A DNA stretch of 64,000 nucleotides from Gemmatimonadota bacterium (GTDB taxonomy: Bacteria; Gemmatimonadota; Gemmatimonadetes; Palauibacterales; KS3-K002): NCBI GenBank assembly GCA_020344015.1, contig CP070812.1, positions 2,385,002 through 2,449,001 on the forward strand, written 5' to 3'. The position numbers and the translations under genes are program-made. Below, in pieces: positions 18,328 through 28,324 of the stretch; position 1 is the stretch's first letter, and each line of letters begins with the position of its first letter. The notes beneath the pieces are model-generated. The model saw only the letters and a list, made by a program, of their open reading frames with translations, ran no database searches and had not been told where the DNA came from.

Positions 18328-21300
18328 GTGAACCGGAAGAACCAGAAGGCAGCTCGAGATTTCGTGATCATAGATAGCCTCCGCAGCACGCCGGAATTCA
18401 AGCGGTTGACAGACCGGATGCCGGCTCCGGGAGAAGAGCGGGCCCTCGGCGGGCTGGGCGGTTCCGCACCCGCGGTCCTGGCCGCCGCCCTGGTGGAGTC
18501 GGGCGCGGCGCGCAGCCTTCTACTGGTGGCGCCCACGGCATCGGATGCGGAGGAGATCGAGACCGATCTTGAGGCCTTGATTCCCGGTCAGCCCCGCGTG
18601 TTCCCGCAACGCGAGTCGGTTCACCCGGACCTCACCGACCCCCACATCGAAATCTCTGCCCGTCGGGTCGACTCGTTGCAAGCGGTTATCACGGGCCGTG
18701 CACGCATACTGGTCACGACCGCCAGGGCGTTGGCCGAGCGGTTCCCCATCCCGGCTAGCTGGAGCGATCTCGAGCTCCATCTGCAGAAAGAAGGGGAGAT
18801 CGATCGTGATTCGCTGGTCGGTGACCTCGAGAAGGCCGGCTACCGAAAGGTCCCAATGGTCGAGGCCGTCGGCGAATATTCGGTCCGTGGCGGAATCGTT
18901 GACGTCTACCCGATCACGACGCTCGACCCGATTCGCCTCGAGTTCTGGGGCGACACGATAGAATCGATACGCTCGTTCGACATCCTCGATCAGCGGTCGA
19001 TCTCGGACCTCGGTTCGGCGCGCCTGCTGCCCGTAAGCTTCCCGATCCGCGACGACCACCCGCAGGAGAAGGAGAGCGTCTCCGCCACCACCGGCAGTCT
19101 GCTGGAGCTGCTTCCAGAGTCGACCTCGATCCTGCGTATCGATGCGGAAGCGGAAAAAGGCGAGCGGCAGAAGAGCTGGGACGAGTTGCGACGGCGTAGT
19201 GAGACGCCCGAGCGCTACCAGGATCCGCCTGCTGCAGTGCACTCGCGGTTCGGCCGCTTCGGTCAGCTGCACGTCGTCGATTCGCCCGACGGAGCCGATC
19301 TCGACTTCGGGATCCAAGCCGCCCCGGTCATCGATCGTCACATCGATCGCCTGGTCGCCTCCCTCCACGAGGCCCTCAAGGCAGAGGCCCGAGTGCTGAT
19401 CCTCTGCGACAACGAAGGACAGCTAGAGCGGCTGGAGGAGATACTCGAGGACACTGCAGGCGCCTCGACGCTCCGCAGAATAACCCTTGGCCTCGGCCCG
19501 CTGGCCGGCGGCTTCGTCATCGCGAGTGCCGAGCCGCCGCTGTGGACGTTCACCGACCACGAGATCTTTAGACGGCAGCGCCGCCCGCGCCGCCGCCCAC
19601 AGGCCGCCAGCCGCGCCGCCCTAGACACGCTGTCCGCCCTGTCGGCCGGCGACTACGTCGTGCATCTGGACCACGGGATCGGGCGCTACCGCGGACTCGA
19701 ACGAGTAGAGATCGGCGGCGAAGAGCTGGAGACTCTGGTCGTCGAGTACGCGGGGGGCGACATCCTGCGCGTGCCTCACTACCGGGCCGAATTGGTCGAA
19801 CGCTGGATTTCCGATGACCGGGACGACGGTGGGGCGACCCCGAAGCTCCATCGCCTCGGCAGCAAGAGCTGGGGTAAGCTCAAGAAGCGGGCTCGCGACG
19901 CGATCCAGACCATGGCGGCCGAGCTCCTGGAGTTGTACGCCGCGCGCCGCGTCGCCGAAGCCCACACCTTCGGTTCCGACACGCGCTGGCAGCGCGAGAT
20001 GGAGTCCGCCTTCATCTACGAAGAGACCCCGGACCAGGAACGCGTCGCCGACCAGGTCAAGCTGGCAATGCAGCAGTCACGCCCGATGGACCTGCTTATA
20101 TGTGGCGACGTCGGCTACGGTAAGACCGAGATTGCCATCCGCGCCGCCTTCAAGGCCGTTCAGGACGGAGTTCAGGTCGGGGTCCTCGCCCCCACTACCG
20201 TACTCGTCGAGCAGCACCTGCAGACCTTCCGAGCACGGCTCGCCGACTATCCGGTCCTGGTCGAGTCGCTATCGCGCTTCCGGACCGCCAGAGAACAGGA
20301 GAACATCGTTCGCCGCCTGGCGGAAGGTGCCATCGACGTCGTCATCGGGACACACCGGCTCATCTCACCCGACGTCAGATTCAAGAATCTGGGACTACTG
20401 GTCGTCGACGAGGAACAGCAGTTCGGAGTGACCCAGAAGGAGCGGCTGAAGGCGCTCAAGCGGGACGTCCACGTGATGACGATGACAGCCACACCGATCC
20501 CGCGCACGCTCCACTTGTCGCTTAGCGGACTGCGTGACCTGGCCGTGATTCGCACGCCACCTCGCAATCGTCGTCCGATCATCACTCACATGATGACCTG
20601 GGATGATCAGACGATCGAGGACGCCATCCGGCTCGAGGTCGACCGTGGTGGCCAGGTCTTCTTCGTCCACAATCGGGTCGAGTCGATCGATGAAGTCGCC
20701 GCTCGGGTCCGCCGCCTGTTGCCCGACCTGCGGGTCGAGGTCGCTCACGGTCAGATGTCGGAGCGCAAGCTCGAGAAGGTGATGACCGAGTTCGTGCGCC
20801 GCGAGATCCAGGTGCTCGTCGCCACCGCCATTATCGAGAACGGCCTCGATGTGCCTAACGCCAACACCATGATCGTCCACCGAGCCGATTACTTCGGGTT
20901 GGCACAGCTCTACCAGCTCCGCGGTCGCGTCGGCCGATCGCACCAACGGGCCTTCTGCTACTTGATCGTGCCCCCGAATCTGCCGCACGAGACCGAGCGG
21001 CGGCTGAACCTGCTCGAGCAACACACCGAGCTCGGCGCCGGCTACCGGCTCGCTCTCAAGGATCTCGAGTTGCGTGGCGCCGGCAACCTGCTGGGCACCG
21101 AACAATCGGGTTTCGCCCACGCGGTGGGGTTCGACACGTATCTCCGCCTCCTTGAGGACACCGTGGCGGCACTGCGGAGCGGGGAAGATTCAGCGGAGGC
21201 CCGTCCAAAGGTGCCGGAGGTCTCGATCACCGGGTCAACGTATATTCCCGAAAGCTTCATCCCGGACGAGCGGCAGAAGCTGGACCTGTACCGCCGGCTC

Positions 21301-21669
21301 TCGAAGGTCTCGGACCTCGATGAGCTAGACTCTCTGACGTCGGAGCTGCGCGATCGCTTCGGCCGCCTGCCGCCAGAGACCCGGCGGTTGATCGCCGCTT
21401 CGCGGATCCGGATACTGGGCGGCCGGCTAGGCATCGAGCGCGTGCTCGTGACGCCCGGCGCCGCCCGCGTTAACTTCCGGCGCGGCCTGGTGCCGCGGAT
21501 GACGTCGCTGCGCGACGCCATGACCGGACGCGAGGTCGAAGTCGACGTCCGCAGGTTGCAGCCGCTCTCGATCGTATTCCGGGTCGCCGGAACGGAGGAC
21601 ATAGCTCCGATCGTCGTGGAAGCGCTAGAACGCATGTTCGAAGAGCAGAGTGGACTTGTGATGAACTAG
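18328..21669 (+). CDS. mfd: Transcription-repair coupling factor
   Basis: VRGGIVD, GDYVVHLDHGIG, CGDVGYGKTE, VDEEQQFG, TATPIPRT, QLRGRVGR, RGAGNLLG. Confidence 0.98.
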   Translation: MNRKNQKAARDFVIIDSLRSTPEFKRLTDRMPAPGEERALGGLGGSAPAVLAAALVESGAARSLLLVAPTASDAEEIETDLEALIPGQPRVFPQRESVHPDLTDPHIEISARRVDSLQAVITGRARILVTTARALAERFPIPASWSDLELHLQKEGEIDRDSLVGDLEKAGYRKVPMVEAVGEYSVRGGIVDVYPITTLDPIRLEFWGDTIESIRSFDILDQRSISDLGSARLLPVSFPIRDDHPQEKESVSATTGSLLELLPESTSILRIDAEAEKGERQKSWDELRRRSETPERYQDPPAAVHSRFGRFGQLHVVDSPDGADLDFGIQAAPVIDRHIDRLVASLHEALKAEARVLILCDNEGQLERLEEILEDTAGASTLRRITLGLGPLAGGFVIASAEPPLWTFTDHEIFRRQRRPRRRPQAASRAALDTLSALSAGDYVVHLDHGIGRYRGLERVEIGGEELETLVVEYAGGDILRVPHYRAELVERWISDDRDDGGATPKLHRLGSKSWGKLKKRARDAIQTMAAELLELYAARRVAEAHTFGSDTRWQREMESAFIYEETPDQERVADQVKLAMQQSRPMDLLICGDVGYGKTEIAIRAAFKAVQDGVQVGVLAPTTVLVEQHLQTFRARLADYPVLVESLSRFRTAREQENIVRRLAEGAIDVVIGTHRLISPDVRFKNLGLLVVDEEQQFGVTQKERLKALKRDVHVMTMTATPIPRTLHLSLSGLRDLAVIRTPPRNRRPIITHMMTWDDQTIEDAIRLEVDRGGQVFFVHNRVESIDEVAARVRRLLPDLRVEVAHGQMSERKLEKVMTEFVRREIQVLVATAIIENGLDVPNANTMIVHRADYFGLAQLYQLRGRVGRSHQRAFCYLIVPPNLPHETERRLNLLEQHTELGAGYRLALKDLELRGAGNLLGTEQSGFAHAVGFDTYLRLLEDTVAALRSGEDSAEARPKVPEVSITGSTYIPESFIPDERQKLDLYRRLSKVSDLDELDSLTSELRDRFGRLPPETRRLIAASRIRILGGRLGIERVLVTPGAARVNFRRGLVPRMTSLRDAMTGREVEVDVRRLQPLSIVFRVAGTEDIAPIVVEALERMFEEQSGLVMN

Positions 21670-21751
21670 GCGAATTTGAAGACGCGCACCTCTTCAGTCA
21701 GCAAGGCGCTTGGAGAGAGTAACTCGAGTCGAAACGATTACTACAGAAGGG

Positions 21752-23212
21752 ATGAACATGAGCCGGCTTTCACTCGCAACCGTATCCTTCGGCCTGCTCG
21801 GCGCTATCTTGGCCGCTTGCTCCCCAATGCGGGAGGGTATGGAGGGTCACAAGACGACCGTCGCTCGTGTCGATGGTTACTCACTCACCGTCGACCACGC
21901 AGCTGAGCTCGTAGGTGCCCTCTGGCCAAGCAATAGACCGCCCCAGCCGGCGCTCGTCGAGCGTTTGGCCGATCTCTGGATCGGATACACCTTGCTTGCC
22001 ATCGAGGTTGCTAGCCCGGACTCCACAGCTGACATCGATCTGACACCACTGATCGGGGCTGCTGTGGCTCGGGACATCATCGACCAGTGGTACCAGGAAA
22101 CGATACTCGCTCGCCTGGAGGAACCGACCGATAGCGTGCTACGCGAGTCGTACGAACGCCTACGGCCGTACGAGAGTGTCGAGACCCGTCAAATAACGAT
22201 CCGAGTCCCCGAGACGGCGACGCAAGCGCAGATTGACAGCCTGAAGCGCTTTGCCGACGATATCCGCGATCGCGCGCTGGCCGGAGAGGATTTTGGGGAG
22301 CTGGCACGTGCCTACTCCCAACATCCACCGACCGCCGCCGTAGGCGGCCAATTGGGGTGGGTAAACCGTGGCCGCCTGCTCTCCGAGCTGGAGCCGACTG
22401 TGTTCGCGCTCGAGCCGGGCGAGATCAGCGAAACCGTCAGATCGCGCCTGGGGTATCACATCTTCAAAATCACGGACCGCAGAAACCCAGACTACGAGTC
22501 GGAGCGCGAGCGATATCGAGGCAACCTGCTCCGACGGCAAGTGAGAGATCTGCAAGAAGAGTACGTCGGCTCGATCGTGGCGGCGGCTGACGTCCAGATC
22601 GCTCCGGGAGCGGTAAGCCTGCTGCAAGAACTCGCTGCTTCGGCTTCACTTCAGCGACTCAGCAGCGTCCGGCGCAAGGCTGAGCTAGCGCGCTATCGGG
22701 GCGGAGACTTCACCGTCGGTGAATGGGTCGACTTTGTACTCTTCGCGCGACCCGAGAACTTGCGTTACTTCGCCGACGAAGACTCGGCGAGGGTTCACGA
22801 GTCCTTCCTACGAGTGATACAGTACGAACTGCTGGCGAGAGCAGCAGAGGAGGCCGGTTACACAGCGTCGGACGCAAGGCTCGACAGCCTGCAGTCCGGT
22901 GCGGCGCAGGAACTGGTGTGGGCAGCGACTCAGTCAGACTTCTCGCACACCGCCTTCGTGAACGGCGACGACACAATCGAGGCAGCGGTCGATCGTGCGC
23001 TGGTCACGCTCGGCTTGGCACCGCCCGGCGCACCCCCGCTCGGCCGTCTCGTACCCGTCCTGAATGCCGGTCACGCGAGCCAGGTTTACCGAGATCGCTA
23101 TCCGGCGGTCGTTACTCGTGTGCTCGAACTCAGCGACGGGCAGAGGCAGCAAGCGGCGACCGGCGAACCAGCCGACCAATTGAACAGGGCGATCCAGGAC
23201 GTGGGCCAATGA
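21752..23212 (+). CDS. Parvulin-type peptidyl-prolyl isomerase lipoprotein
   Basis: Lipobox LAAC; GEDFGELARAYS...GGQLGW...VRSRLGYHIFK. Confidence 0.85.
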   Translation: MNMSRLSLATVSFGLLGAILAACSPMREGMEGHKTTVARVDGYSLTVDHAAELVGALWPSNRPPQPALVERLADLWIGYTLLAIEVASPDSTADIDLTPLIGAAVARDIIDQWYQETILARLEEPTDSVLRESYERLRPYESVETRQITIRVPETATQAQIDSLKRFADDIRDRALAGEDFGELARAYSQHPPTAAVGGQLGWVNRGRLLSELEPTVFALEPGEISETVRSRLGYHIFKITDRRNPDYESERERYRGNLLRRQVRDLQEEYVGSIVAAADVQIAPGAVSLLQELAASASLQRLSSVRRKAELARYRGGDFTVGEWVDFVLFARPENLRYFADEDSARVHESFLRVIQYELLARAAEEAGYTASDARLDSLQSGAAQELVWAATQSDFSHTAFVNGDDTIEAAVDRALVTLGLAPPGAPPLGRLVPVLNAGHASQVYRDRYPAVVTRVLELSDGQRQQAATGEPADQLNRAIQDVGQ

Positions 23213-24552
23213 GGCGTGGCCTGCCGCTGGCCTTGGCGCTGTGGCTCGCCGGAACCGGCACGTTGCCGGATCTCGCCACTGCCGCGGCCCAGGAGCCCGG
23301 CGTGCTGGTGGAAGGCGTGGTCGCCGTTGTCGGCGACACTGCCATCCTGTGGACTGAACTCCAAGAGTCTATGATCGAGGCTCAAGCCCAAGGCGTGCAG
23401 GTGCCTCAGGAGCCCCAGGCGCTCAGGCTGTTCCTCGAGGGAGCGCTGGACCAGAAGGTGAATGAGGTCGTGGTCTATATCAACGCGCAGCGTGCCGGTA
23501 TCACGGTATCGGACCGCGATGTCAGCGAGATGGTCGACGAGCGGCTGGCTCAGATACGACGGAATTTCCCTACCGAAGCCGCCTTCCAGCAGGCCTTGCT
23601 CGCGAGGGGCACGACCTCCGCCGAGTTCCGCATCCAGATCACCCATCGTACGCGGGTCGAGCTCGTGTCGCAGCAGTTTCTGCAGCAGGAGTTCAGCCAG
23701 ATAACGCCGGTCCCGGTGAGCGAGGCCGAGATCCGTCAGGTATTCGAGGAACAGCGACGAGCCTTAGGGCCCAGACCGGCCACCGTAGATCTGAAGCAGG
23801 TCCTGATTACGCCACACCCTTCTGAAGAAGCGGAGTTGGAAGCGCGGGAGCGGGCCGAGCAAGCGCTGTCACGGCTGCGAGCGGGCGAAGACTTCGCCCT
23901 GATCGCCCGCGAGTATTCCGATGACCTCGCGACGCGGGAGCGTGGCGGTGATCTCGGGTGGATCAGGCAGGGCCAGCTGTTGCCGGCGTTCGAAGACTTC
24001 CTGTTCCAGATGCGGCCCGGCCAGGTGAGCGGCCTCGTCGAGACGGAAATCGGCTATCACATAATCAAGCTCGAGCGGGTGCGGGGCGCCGAACGGCTGG
24101 CGCGCCACGTCCTATTTCGCCTGGAGGTGACAGAAGCAGACTCGGAAGCCACACGCCTGCTGGCTGAGGAGGTGGCTACCGCGCTTCGCGGCGGCGCCGA
24201 CATCGATTCGCTGATCAACGCGCACGGCGATCCATCGGAAGAGAGCGCCCTCACCGCCTACCCGCAGGACCGGCTCCCCGCGAACTACCAGAACGCGCTC
24301 GCCGGAGCTGCCGCCCGGGACATCGTAGGCCCGTTTCTCCTCGCCTCGGCGACTGGCGGCAGCGGCAAATGGGTCGTGGCGCAGATCTCGGGGCTACGGC
24401 CAGCCGGCGAGTGGACGCTCGACGACGTGCGCGAGACGTACAGACAACAGATCCAGCGGGATAAGACGCTGCAAAAGATCATCGGCGATCTGCGGGCAGC
24501 GACGTACATCGAGACTCGACTCGACGAATTCCCACTGCCAGCTCCAAGATAG
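23209..24552 (+). CDS. surA: SurA-like periplasmic chaperone/PPIase
   Basis: Signal peptide, VEGVVAVVGDTAIL SurA N-domain, GEDFALIAREYSDD...GGDLGW...GYHIIKL; followed by pdxA. Confidence 0.8.
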   Translation: MRRGLPLALALWLAGTGTLPDLATAAAQEPGVLVEGVVAVVGDTAILWTELQESMIEAQAQGVQVPQEPQALRLFLEGALDQKVNEVVVYINAQRAGITVSDRDVSEMVDERLAQIRRNFPTEAAFQQALLARGTTSAEFRIQITHRTRVELVSQQFLQQEFSQITPVPVSEAEIRQVFEEQRRALGPRPATVDLKQVLITPHPSEEAELEARERAEQALSRLRAGEDFALIAREYSDDLATRERGGDLGWIRQGQLLPAFEDFLFQMRPGQVSGLVETEIGYHIIKLERVRGAERLARHVLFRLEVTEADSEATRLLAEEVATALRGGADIDSLINAHGDPSEESALTAYPQDRLPANYQNALAGAAARDIVGPFLLASATGGSGKWVVAQISGLRPAGEWTLDDVRETYRQQIQRDKTLQKIIGDLRAATYIETRLDEFPLPAPR

Positions 24553-24559
24553 CCCCCTC

Positions 24560-25522
24560 ATGCGACGGCCGAAGATCGCAGTAACACTCGGCGACCCGCG
24601 GGGCATCGGCCCCGAGGTCGCCGTCCGCGCTCTGCGAGATCCGCCAGCACCCGAGGCCGACATCGTGCTGATCGGGCCCGCCGGGCTCGAGGAAACCCGG
24701 GGGCTGGAGCTGATCTCGATCGGCCATTGGAGCGCCTCTGACGGCGCCGAACAGGCCGGCCACCTCTCTGCCAAGGCCATCGAGACCGCCGTATCGCTGG
24801 CTGGCGGCGGCGCAGTGGATGCAATCGTCACGGCGCCGATCTCCAAGTCGGCGCTAGCCGCGGCCGGATACGGTTGGCCCGGACATACGGAGATGCTCCG
24901 CGACTTGACCGGCGTTCCCGAGACGGGACTCTGTCTCGCCGCCGAGAAGACGGCCCTCGGTTCGCCGCTCCGGGTCGTCTTGGTCACAGGTCACATGGCT
25001 CTGCGCCTCGTACCGGGTGCCTATACGGCGGAACGACTGTCGCTGATGGCCCGCCTGACCCACGAGGATCTGAGGCGCTGGTGGGGGCTCGAGCGACCGC
25101 GGCTCGCTGTCTGCTCGCTCAACCCCCACGCATCGGATGATGGCCTGTTCGGCGACGAGGAAGAGCGAGTGTGCGAGCCCGCCATCGCCGGGCTGCGGCG
25201 CGAGGGGATCGATGTCGATGGCCCCTACCCTGCCGACACCGTGTTCCTAAGGGCAATGCGCGGCGCAGCCGATGCGGTGCTGGCCCCCTACCACGACGTG
25301 GGGATGGCAGTGATCAAGACGGCGGCATTCGGGTCGGCCGTCAACGTGACTCTCGGCCTGCCCTTCCCGCGCACGTCGCCTGACCACGGGACTGCCTTCG
25401 ATATCGCCGGGCGCGGGAGCGCCGATCCTTCGTCGATGCGGGCAGCGCTGGAAGCCGCCATCAGGTTCGCACGGCGCGCTTTGACGTCCCCTGATAAGTC
25501 CAGTAGATTGGCCGACGTATGA
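24560..25522 (+). CDS. pdxA: 4-hydroxythreonine-4-phosphate dehydrogenase
   Basis: TLGDPRGIGPE, TAPISK, GHTE, LNPHA, GPYPADT, YHD, RTSPDHGTAFDIAG. Confidence 0.96.
   Translation: MRRPKIAVTLGDPRGIGPEVAVRALRDPPAPEADIVLIGPAGLEETRGLELISIGHWSASDGAEQAGHLSAKAIETAVSLAGGGAVDAIVTAPISKSALAAAGYGWPGHTEMLRDLTGVPETGLCLAAEKTALGSPLRVVLVTGHMALRLVPGAYTAERLSLMARLTHEDLRRWWGLERPRLAVCSLNPHASDDGLFGDEEERVCEPAIAGLRREGIDVDGPYPADTVFLRAMRGAADAVLAPYHDVGMAVIKTAAFGSAVNVTLGLPFPRTSPDHGTAFDIAGRGSADPSSMRAALEAAIRFARRALTSPDKSSRLADV
25481..25509 (+). promoter_or_regulatory. Sigma70-type promoter for ftsEX inside the pdxA 3' end
   Basis: TTGACG, 17-nt spacer, TAGATT. Confidence 0.55.
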
Positions 25523-25568
25523 AGGCAGCCACCCCTGCCTACTGCACCGCCCCCGGCGACCGGGTCTC

Positions 25569-26264
25569 GTGATCAAGCTCATCAACGTCTACAAGGAGTA
25601 CCCGCGCTCCGGGCTCGCCCTGAAGAACGTGTCGTTCCACTTGAGGAAGGGTGAGTTCGCGTTTCTCATCGGCCCATCGGGTGCGGGCAAGACGACAATC
25701 CTGCGTCTCATTCACATGGTGGAGAGTCCGACGGATGGCGAAGTCCGCGTATCCGGGTACTCGTCCATGCGGATGAAACGCCGCGACATCCCGAGGCTCC
25801 GGCGTCGCGTCGGTATGGTGTTCCAGACCTTCCGACTACTGCGTGACCGTACGGCGGCCGAGAACCTGGCCTTCGCCCTCGAGGTCACCGGTGGCCGGCG
25901 CAGCGAGATCAAGGGGAAGGTCCAGCGATTGCTGGCACACGTCGGGCTGGCGCCCCGCGCCGGCGCCTACCCGGACGAGCTGTCCGGTGGCGAGCAGCAG
26001 CGGATCGCTCTCGCCCGCGCCCTGATCCACGACCCGGTGGTCCTGCTCGCCGACGAACCGACCGGTAATCTGGACGAGCGTGCGTCGCGCGGCATCTTCG
26101 AGTTGACGCGGGACATAAACTCAGCCGGTACGGCCGTACTCATGGCAACACACAACCTGGATCTCGTGCGTCGCTATCCCCAGTACCGCGTGATCGAGCT
26201 CGCCGACGGAGCAGTCGTTTACGACTCGGCGGGTGAGGCACGCGAGTCCGGTGGCGAGTCATAG
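25569..26264 (+). CDS. ftsE: Cell division ATP-binding protein FtsE
   Basis: GPSGAGKTT, IPRLRRRVGMVFQ, LSGGEQQR, LADEPTGNLD. Confidence 0.95.
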   Translation: MIKLINVYKEYPRSGLALKNVSFHLRKGEFAFLIGPSGAGKTTILRLIHMVESPTDGEVRVSGYSSMRMKRRDIPRLRRRVGMVFQTFRLLRDRTAAENLAFALEVTGGRRSEIKGKVQRLLAHVGLAPRAGAYPDELSGGEQQRIALARALIHDPVVLLADEPTGNLDERASRGIFELTRDINSAGTAVLMATHNLDLVRRYPQYRVIELADGAVVYDSAGEARESGGES

Positions 26265-27114
26265 CGTTCGCGAGGCGATCGCTGCCTTCCGGCGCGCGCC
26301 CGGCCTCGCGCTCTTGTCGGCCATGAGCATCGGCTTGAGCCTCTTCGTGCTCGGGACATTTGGACTCGTCACCTACAACGTCGAGGTCACGCTGCGAACG
26401 ATCGAGCGTCGCGTCGAGGTGGTCGCCTATCTCCGTGACAACGTCTCCGCGGAACAGCTGGAGGTTCTGCAGAACGATGTCGGCTCGTTCCCGGAGGTGG
26501 AGAACGTCACCCACGTCTCGAAGTTCGAGGCGATGCGGAACGCCATGCAGCAACTGGAGGAGTTCCGAGAGGTATTTACCGACCTGGAGGTGAACCCGCT
26601 TCCCGCTTCGCTCGAGGTGCAGCTGCGACCGGACTACCGCGACCCGGAGTCGGTCCAGCGCGTCGCCGAGCTCATCGCGCTCTACCCGTTCGTCGAGGAT
26701 GTGCAGTATGGCCGCGAGTGGGTGGAGAAGATCTACCAGCTGCGCCGACTGGGAGGCGCCGTGGCCGCCGTTCTGGGGATTGCCTTCGCAGTAGTCGCCA
26801 TCCTGATCATCGGCACGACGGTGCGCATGGCCGTGCTGGCCCGCCGCGAGGAGATCGTCGTCATGCAGCTGGTCGGCGCAACCGACGGCTTCGTTCGCCG
26901 GCCGTTCCTGCTCGAGGGCTTCATAACGGGGCTGGCGGGCGGCGCTCTCGCCCTACTCCTTACCTACGGTGCCTATCTGGCGGTGAACGGGTCTCTCATC
27001 GACCTGGAGTGGCTGCCGCCGCTCTGGGCAACCCTCGGGGTACTTGCCGGTGGCATCCTGGGTCTGGCGGCCAGCGACACGGCGTTGAGACGGCACCTTG
27101 TCACCTATGCGTAG
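26251..27114 (+). CDS. ftsX: Cell division permease FtsX
   Basis: NPLPASLEV, ARREEIVVMQLVGATDGFVRRPFLLEG; four TM segments. Confidence 0.95.
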   Translation: MASHSVREAIAAFRRAPGLALLSAMSIGLSLFVLGTFGLVTYNVEVTLRTIERRVEVVAYLRDNVSAEQLEVLQNDVGSFPEVENVTHVSKFEAMRNAMQQLEEFREVFTDLEVNPLPASLEVQLRPDYRDPESVQRVAELIALYPFVEDVQYGREWVEKIYQLRRLGGAVAAVLGIAFAVVAILIIGTTVRMAVLARREEIVVMQLVGATDGFVRRPFLLEGFITGLAGGALALLLTYGAYLAVNGSLIDLEWLPPLWATLGVLAGGILGLAASDTALRRHLVTYA

Positions 27115-28324
27115 ATCGGCGCCCGCCCCACTACGCGCCAGCTCGCTGGCGGCGCTCGCCGTACTCGCCCTCGCGGGCCCTGCGCTGGGCCAGGAAGACC
27201 CCATCGCGCCGCTGGAAGAGCAGATCCGGCTGAGCCGCCAGCAGCTGGCAGCGATCCGCGACGAGCAGCGGCGTCTACGCACCGAAATGGACGCGCTCTC
27301 CGCCCAGATCCACGACGTGAGCGCCGAACTGGAGAATCTCAACCAGCAAGCCAGGAATCAGGAGGCGCTGCTACGCGAGATGGACCACCAGTTGGTGCTT
27401 CGCGATCAGCAGGTGTTGGCGACCACGTCCGATCTATTGCGAACGAAAGACCAACTGGTGGAGAAAGAAGTCCTCTTCGCACGCCGCGCCCGCGACCTGT
27501 ATGTGCGGGGACCGCTGGCGAACTGGCAGGTTCTGCTGGCAGCGGAGAACTTCTCCGACCTGATCAACCGCTACCAGTATCTCTACCTCGTAGCGTTGTA
27601 CGACCGGCTGCTGGTCAAACAGATCGAGGATCTCAAGGGCCTGCTGGAGGAGCAATACGATATGCTGCGCCGCGAGGTCCAAGGACTGCGCGAGACGCGC
27701 TCCGAGAAGGTCCGCGAGATCCAAGACCTCTACCTCTTGGAGCGGGAGCGCGGGCGCCGGCTCCGGACCGTAAGAGGGCAGCAAGCGACTGCGGCGCGCC
27801 AGCTGGAGGAACTGGAGCTCGCCGAGACCGAGCTCACCGGGCTGGTCGACCGCCTGGAGCGCGAGCGTGAAGCGGCCGAGGCCCTAGCCGCCGCCTCGCC
27901 GACGGCGAGCACCCTTGTGCCGGAGGACCGAGGCACGCTGAGCTGGCCGGTTCAGGGCAGAGTGATCTACGGCTTCGGACAGCAAAGAAACCCGGACGGC
28001 ACGAGGATCATCCGGCAAGGCATGGGGATCGCCGCTGCCGAACAGACTGAAGTCAAGGCGGTGGCCACCGGCACGGTCGCTTTCGCACAACCCTACCTCA
28101 GTTATGGGCCGTCGGTGATCCTCAGTCACGGCGGGGGCTACTACACGGTCTATCTGTATCTGTCGGAGATCCTTGTACGCGAAGGCGACCTGGTGGCGAC
28201 TGGGCAAGTCTTGGGCCGCGTAGGAGGTGCCGACACGCCCGAGGGCCCCCACCTCGAGTTCCAGATCCGGGTCAACCGCGAAGCTGTGGATCCGCGCCCC
28301 TGGTTGAGGGGTTCAGGTGGCTGA
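27107..28324 (+). CDS. envC: EnvC-like murein hydrolase activator (coiled coil plus degenerate M23/LytM)
   Basis: Follows ftsX; LSWPVQG; Zn ligands degenerate (RQGMGI, PHLEFQIR), as expected for EnvC. Confidence 0.85.
   Translation: MRRSAPAPLRASSLAALAVLALAGPALGQEDPIAPLEEQIRLSRQQLAAIRDEQRRLRTEMDALSAQIHDVSAELENLNQQARNQEALLREMDHQLVLRDQQVLATTSDLLRTKDQLVEKEVLFARRARDLYVRGPLANWQVLLAAENFSDLINRYQYLYLVALYDRLLVKQIEDLKGLLEEQYDMLRREVQGLRETRSEKVREIQDLYLLERERGRRLRTVRGQQATAARQLEELELAETELTGLVDRLEREREAAEALAAASPTASTLVPEDRGTLSWPVQGRVIYGFGQQRNPDGTRIIRQGMGIAAAEQTEVKAVATGTVAFAQPYLSYGPSVILSHGGGYYTVYLYLSEILVREGDLVATGQVLGRVGGADTPEGPHLEFQIRVNREAVDPRPWLRGSGG

Noticed and set aside
27900-28324. Loss of Zn ligands in the M23 domain as a novelty
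   Set aside because: Expected for EnvC downstream of ftsEX.
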